Shown: piece by piece, positions 58,690 to 64,000 of the stretch | Layout: every line of letters starts with the position of its first letter | Position numbering within the stretch: the stretch's first letter is position 1 | NCBI GenBank assembly: GCA_951406725.2 | Contig: OX597814.1 | Span: 131,936,001 to 132,000,000, forward strand | Reading direction: 5' to 3' | From: Octopus vulgaris | Lineage: Eukaryota | DNA length: 64,000 nucleotides | Notes under the pieces: generated by a model | Told to the model about the DNA's origin: nothing | Databases searched by the model: none | The model's input: the letters and a program-made list of their open reading frames with translations, nothing else | Translations under genes and position numbers: made by a program

Positions 58690-59092
58690 TATTGCCTTTA
58701 CACAGCTTCTAATACTGGAGATATACTAAGGTGTCAGCTGTTCACTACCAGTGAACTAATGTAACGGCCGTTATTTTTTCAGCACCTTCAGGAGTTTTCG
58801 AGCGGTTCCAAGCAGTGCTGTTTTCTGCAAGTGCTCCACACTTATTGCAGCCCCTATTTGTTCCATGTAGTTCTCAAGATTTTTACTCACTGTTCCCAGT
58901 GCTCCGACAATTATTGATATTACTACCACCTTTGTCATCGACTAGAAATGTTTAACATCCCAAGCTAACCTGTCATATCTATCGACTTTTCTTTCTTCCT
59001 TATCGCATGCCTTGTTATCCGCTGGGCATGCTATATCTATGATCTTTCTTTCTTAATTAAGACCATGTCTGGCTTCCTATTCTCTATCTCAT
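58690..59092 (-). mobile_element. REL-type LINE 3' end (third family)
   Basis: Minus-strand RKPDMVLI...IDIACP.DN....ERKVDRYD. Homologous to 40535-40890. Confidence 0.75.
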
Positions 59093-59106
59093 TATTAATA
59101 TTATGA

Positions 59107-61517
59107 TTCTATGTTTGACTTTTGCTTTACATTTGCACAAGTTGGCTCCAAGTCTCACCCAGAGACCTCAAGAGACAGCAAGTTGGAAGTTCATGTTGGT
59201 GTTATGCCTAGGGTGCCATATATTTGGTTTTGTACTTAGTGTTGTACAAGTGAATGCGTAAAAAACCATACGAAAATTATGTTTGTTTTAAAACTTTAGA
59301 TTACATAGAAAGTATTTTGCGTAGGATATGAGCAGTTCCCATGAGCACTATCTTTTGAATTTCTGCCATTTTTGGGTTTCCTGGTATCTGAGTTAGGTAG
59401 CAATCAGCCCCTTTTGCTATCATTCCCAGGGCACCTATGACAACAGGTATTGTTTTAGTCTTCAGGCTCCACATTTTGCTGATTTCTATTTCAAGATCTT
59501 TATATTTGCTCAGTTTCTGGTAGGTCTCGACAGATACATTTATATAGATTGGGACAGTCATATCAATGAGGAGGCATGTTTTTTGTCTGAAGTCTTTTAC
59601 TATGATGTCTAGCCTATTCGCGTCTATCTTTCTGTCAGTTTGAATGGTGAAGTTCCACAGGAGTGAGATGTGGTCATTTTCAAGCACTGGAGGTGGTTTG
59701 TGTTCCCACCAGTTTTTATCATGGGGCAAGTCCAGGCTTTTGCAAATTACCCAGTGAATATATTGTGCAGCTCTATCATGTCTGTTGAGATACTCTGTAG
59801 GCGCAAGAAGACTGCACTTGGAGACAACATGATCAATGGTTTCATTTTGTTGTTGACATACAAGACATGTTGGGCTACTGCCGTTCTTTAATATGTTGGC
59901 CTGGTAATTCCTTGTAGGTAGGCATTGATCTTGAGCTGCTATGATAAACCCTTCTGTTTCAGATTTGAAGCCAGAGGCCATTAGCCATTGATGGGTCAGG
60001 GCTTTGTCACTCTCTTTGAGTATTTGCTATTGAGAGGTTTTTGTTGCCATTTGTCATTCAGAATATCTAAAGCAGCAGTTTTAGCACGGGTTTTCATGCG
60101 CTTAGCTTTTTCCGTGCTTGTTTCTTGTGTGTCTAATTCCGAAATTTGTTGTATTCGGAATTCACTTAGATATTCCTTTGTTTGTTTTGTTACTGAGTAT
60201 GATGCTTACTTGTTTTCATGCTTTGAGACAAGTTTTAACATCCAGTCCTCAGAGTTTTTCCGGTAGGTGTCTAGGCCAATTGTAGCAATTTTCATTGTTA
60301 TTGCCAGTTGTAAAAGTCCACAGCCTCCCTCTTTTCTTGGCAGATAAAGTCGTTCTATATCTGCCTTAGGGTGGTGCATTCTATGCATTGTCAACAGTTT
60401 TCGTATTTTTCTGTCAAGATTACATATTTAAGTAATTGACTAGTTAACGATATTGAAACTGTAAGTCACGACTGGTATGGCTAAAGCATTGATCGCTTCG
60501 ATCCTGTTTCTCGCATTCAGCTCTGTCTTGGGTATTTCTCTTACTCTGCGATAACATTCTCTCCTGATACTTTCCTTCATCACTGAATGCCTTATTCCTT
60601 CCCCTTCAATTACCCCTAGGTACTTGTAGCTCTCCGCTGGGTCTAACTCTTTTATGACATTCTGCTGGTCAAGGTTAACGTTAGATGTTTCTGTCATTTT
60701 TCCTTTGATAAAGGTAGCTTTTGCACATTTATCGAGTCCAAATTGCATTTCGATGTCATCACTGAATTGTTTAACAATCGTTAGTAAGCCCTCGAGTTGT
60801 TGGTAATTTTTTGCAAAGAGCTTTAAATCATCCATGTAAATGAGATGATTTATATTTTTATCCAATATTTTATATCTGTACTGTGCGTCATTGAGCAATT
60901 TTGAGAGAGGTATTAAGGCTAAACAAAAGAGGAGTGATGATAGCGAGTCGCCCTGGAAAATGCCACATGAAATTTTTACATCACCAGAATTTAGTGATTC
61001 ATTGTCAGTGTTCAAAGTTAGTGTGGTTCTCCATGATCTCATACTTACAGACAAAAAGTTTCGCAGAGTAGGCGCTATTTTATACATTTCCAGACATTTC
61101 TTTATCCAGCTATGTGATAGACTATCAAAAGCCTTTTTATAGTCTATCCAGGCTATTGATAAGTTTTTGTGTCGTTTGTGACAATCTTCTAAGATCATCT
61201 TATTGATGAGTAGCTGATCTTTACAAGCATAGGATCCACGTTTACATCCTTTCTGTTCATTAGGGAATATGCTGCTGTTTATTTAAACACTATTGGTATA
61301 TTCCGTCAGGACAGATGTTAGCGTTTTATACATAGTTGTTAAGCAGGTTATGGGTCTATAGTTTTTTGCTTCATTTGTTTCTTTACTTTTTGGGAGCAAG
61401 AATGTTAAACCATTAACTAGCCAAGCAGGCATCCTACTAGGGTGTTGCAAAACATCATTGTAAAGTTCTGTTAGCAGTTCATGGCTCTCTGGGAAGGCAT
61501 TCAACCAGAAGTTAGGA
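59107..61517 (-). mobile_element. Dong/R4-like LINE, 5'-truncated, nearly complete RT + REL
   Basis: [45 protein letters not shown] knuckle and REL motifs, with several frameshifts. Confidence 0.93.
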
Positions 61518-61539
61518 ATATCATCATCATCATCATCAT

Positions 61540-62041
<502 letters not shown>

Positions 62042-62069
62042 TTATTGTTGTTGTTGTTGTTGTTATTGA

Positions 62070-62100
<31 letters not shown>

Positions 62101-62779
62101 GCTGTTGATGTTGTTGCTGCTTCCGCTTTTGTTCTTTTTCGTCTATTTACTCGTGTTGCACATCGCTCCTGTAAGTTAGTTGTTATTGATATATTTACAC
62201 ATTGTGATACATCGGCAATTTGTTAACGTTACATAAATAAATTAATAAGGGCCTTAGGATGTTTAGTTCTTCTCCAACTGTAGCCCTTAGCGGCTAACTT
62301 GGTGTTTATTTAAGCTGATATACCCATCAAATTTTTGCTAAAAAAGAAAAAGAGATGGTGAACGAGAATTATTCGTCCGCTGAAAGGAACAGCTAGTCAT
62401 CCGCAAAACAGAACAGCCGAGTCGTAAAAGACAGCAACAGCTGTAGTAGCAGCAGCAGCAGCAACAGAAGCAACAACAAGAACAAGTACAATAGCGCACG
62501 GGAAATATATAAAAGTAACTTCCCAATGCTTTCAGCGCCACCTTCCCCGTTGCAGGAACAAAATTGTCAATGACAACAAAAGGCAACAATACCAGCGAGA
62601 AGACTTCCAGCAACACTGGCAATAGCAAACCCACCACCACGGCCAGCGCCGCCGTCGCCGCCGCCACCACCACCACCACCACCACCACCACCACCACCAC
62701 CACCACCACCACCACCAACACCACCACCACCATCAACAACAACAACATTAACGAAAATGTCAAAGAAGAAAACGAATCA

Positions 62780-63300
62780 CGCAAATCCATTCTTAGCGAT
62801 TTCTCATAAGCGACATGACGAGTAACTGAAGACCTTTTCTGTCAACGAAAATGAATTCAAATCTTTCTATGAAGGACAAGGGCGTCGACGAGAACGAGCT
62901 GCCCTTTCTGTTCCGGAGGAATTCCTCACCGGATAATATCGATAATATTCAGGAATCTTTGGCCTGGCAGTGAAAAGGAAAGTGAAAGTAGAGAGAGAAG
63001 TGCTGCCTCCCAGCAATTTTGCTAAAAGGTGGGTGAATGTAGCGCAAATTGCCTGAGTGAACGGGACTACTCTAAGCGAACGACTCTACGTCAAAGGTAG
63101 ATGAAGATGTAAGGGCTATTTGCCCTAGACATCAAGGCAATCGTGATTTTTGTGGCATTTGCACAGACAGCCCTTAGAAGTCTCCCTGTTTGGGGGTTTT
63201 AATTGTTATAATTTTTATTGTTATTCTGTTTTTACAAGTTTCGGCCCCACACTTTTGGTATCGTATTGTCTTGTACAGTCACCAATCTTTTATATGAACC
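62780..63300 (+). mobile_element. Possible degenerate L1/Tx1-type LINE 3' end
   Basis: Broken frame ending VKRKVKVEREVLPPSNFAKRWVNVAQIA resembles ORF2 C-termini. Pattern recognition only. Confidence 0.35.
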
Positions 63301-64000
63301 CTCAGTGGTTGATAAAGAAAGATCATTGATATTATTTATTATAATTTTTAATGATACAGCCAAGCAGAAACGTTAGCTAACCAGGAAAAATGCTGAGTGA
63401 CAACTCGACCGTTTTCACGTTCCGAGTTCCAGCTATGTCCTAGTCGTGGATCCTGGGAAACGCTAAAGTTGGGGATTGTTTGGCAGGATGAAGTGTAGTT
63501 GGGCCTTCGATGACCATGGGCGGCTACGGTAACCGATAAAGCCTATCAAGAACCTCGAAACGCTAATTTGAAGGAGCTCTGGTACCGCCATTCGGGTTTG
63601 CTTCAAGGTGATCTCTAAAAGATCTCTGTTTCGGTAGCTCGATGCTGCTCTATTGTTTCAAGACCGCCTGTCTCAATTCAGTGAGGCCTTGGAGCGAAGT
63701 TGCGTGGGCATCGGTTTCGAGAACCGTCGTCCAACCTAATAAAAATAACGCGAACGCCCCATCTGTACCCTACATGATGCTCTCCCTCTCTTCAAGTTCA
63801 ATAGTGATGTCCCCACGGGCAAGGGGAGCAGGCTTGGTACACTGCATAGTCATTTTCTCTGTGGAGTAGTGGTGACGCAGGATTTTGGCAGCTGTGTACG
63901 GTGTCAGGGTTGGCCTATTTAAGTGCACTGCAGCCCTCCCTGTACAGGGAACCCCTAGAAAAGGTAGGTTAAAGATCGGTCTCTGCGCGCTTCGTCTGCT

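Noticed and set aside
62338-62809. Thr/Ala/Gln-rich ORFs
   Set aside because: Driven by (CAG)n, (CAC)n and (CAA)n repeats. No domain or splice evidence.

Overview
Eukaryotic, AT-rich, microsatellite-dense genomic DNA. The SINE families, the Dong/R4 LINEs and the IL-17 paralogues point to a coleoid cephalopod, most likely Octopus (inference). The only host genes I can support are two minus-strand, two-exon interleukin-17-like cytokine genes. Their body exons are at 2424-2948 and 34796-35317, and each has a tiny first coding exon. The first gene has a tandemly triplicated promoter + first-exon cassette (ATG/ACG-ATT-ATW-ACT-AAA|GT at 6674-6688, 9034-9048 and 15939-15953) upstream of a single body exon. 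Both genes share two conserved 3'UTR stem-loops. The rest is mobile DNA: two mariner elements, a CR1/L2-type LINE, a stack of restriction-like-endonuclease (Dong/R4-type) LINEs in (TAA)n, Helitrons including a head-to-tail dimer with a Pif1 fragment, and several tRNA-derived SINE families. There is also a dense set of Penelope-derived fold-back (long inverted repeat) elements, with about a dozen minimal hammerhead-ribozyme motifs in or near them. Most ORFs in the supplied track are microsatellite artefacts. Coordinates of degenerate elements are approximate, read by eye.
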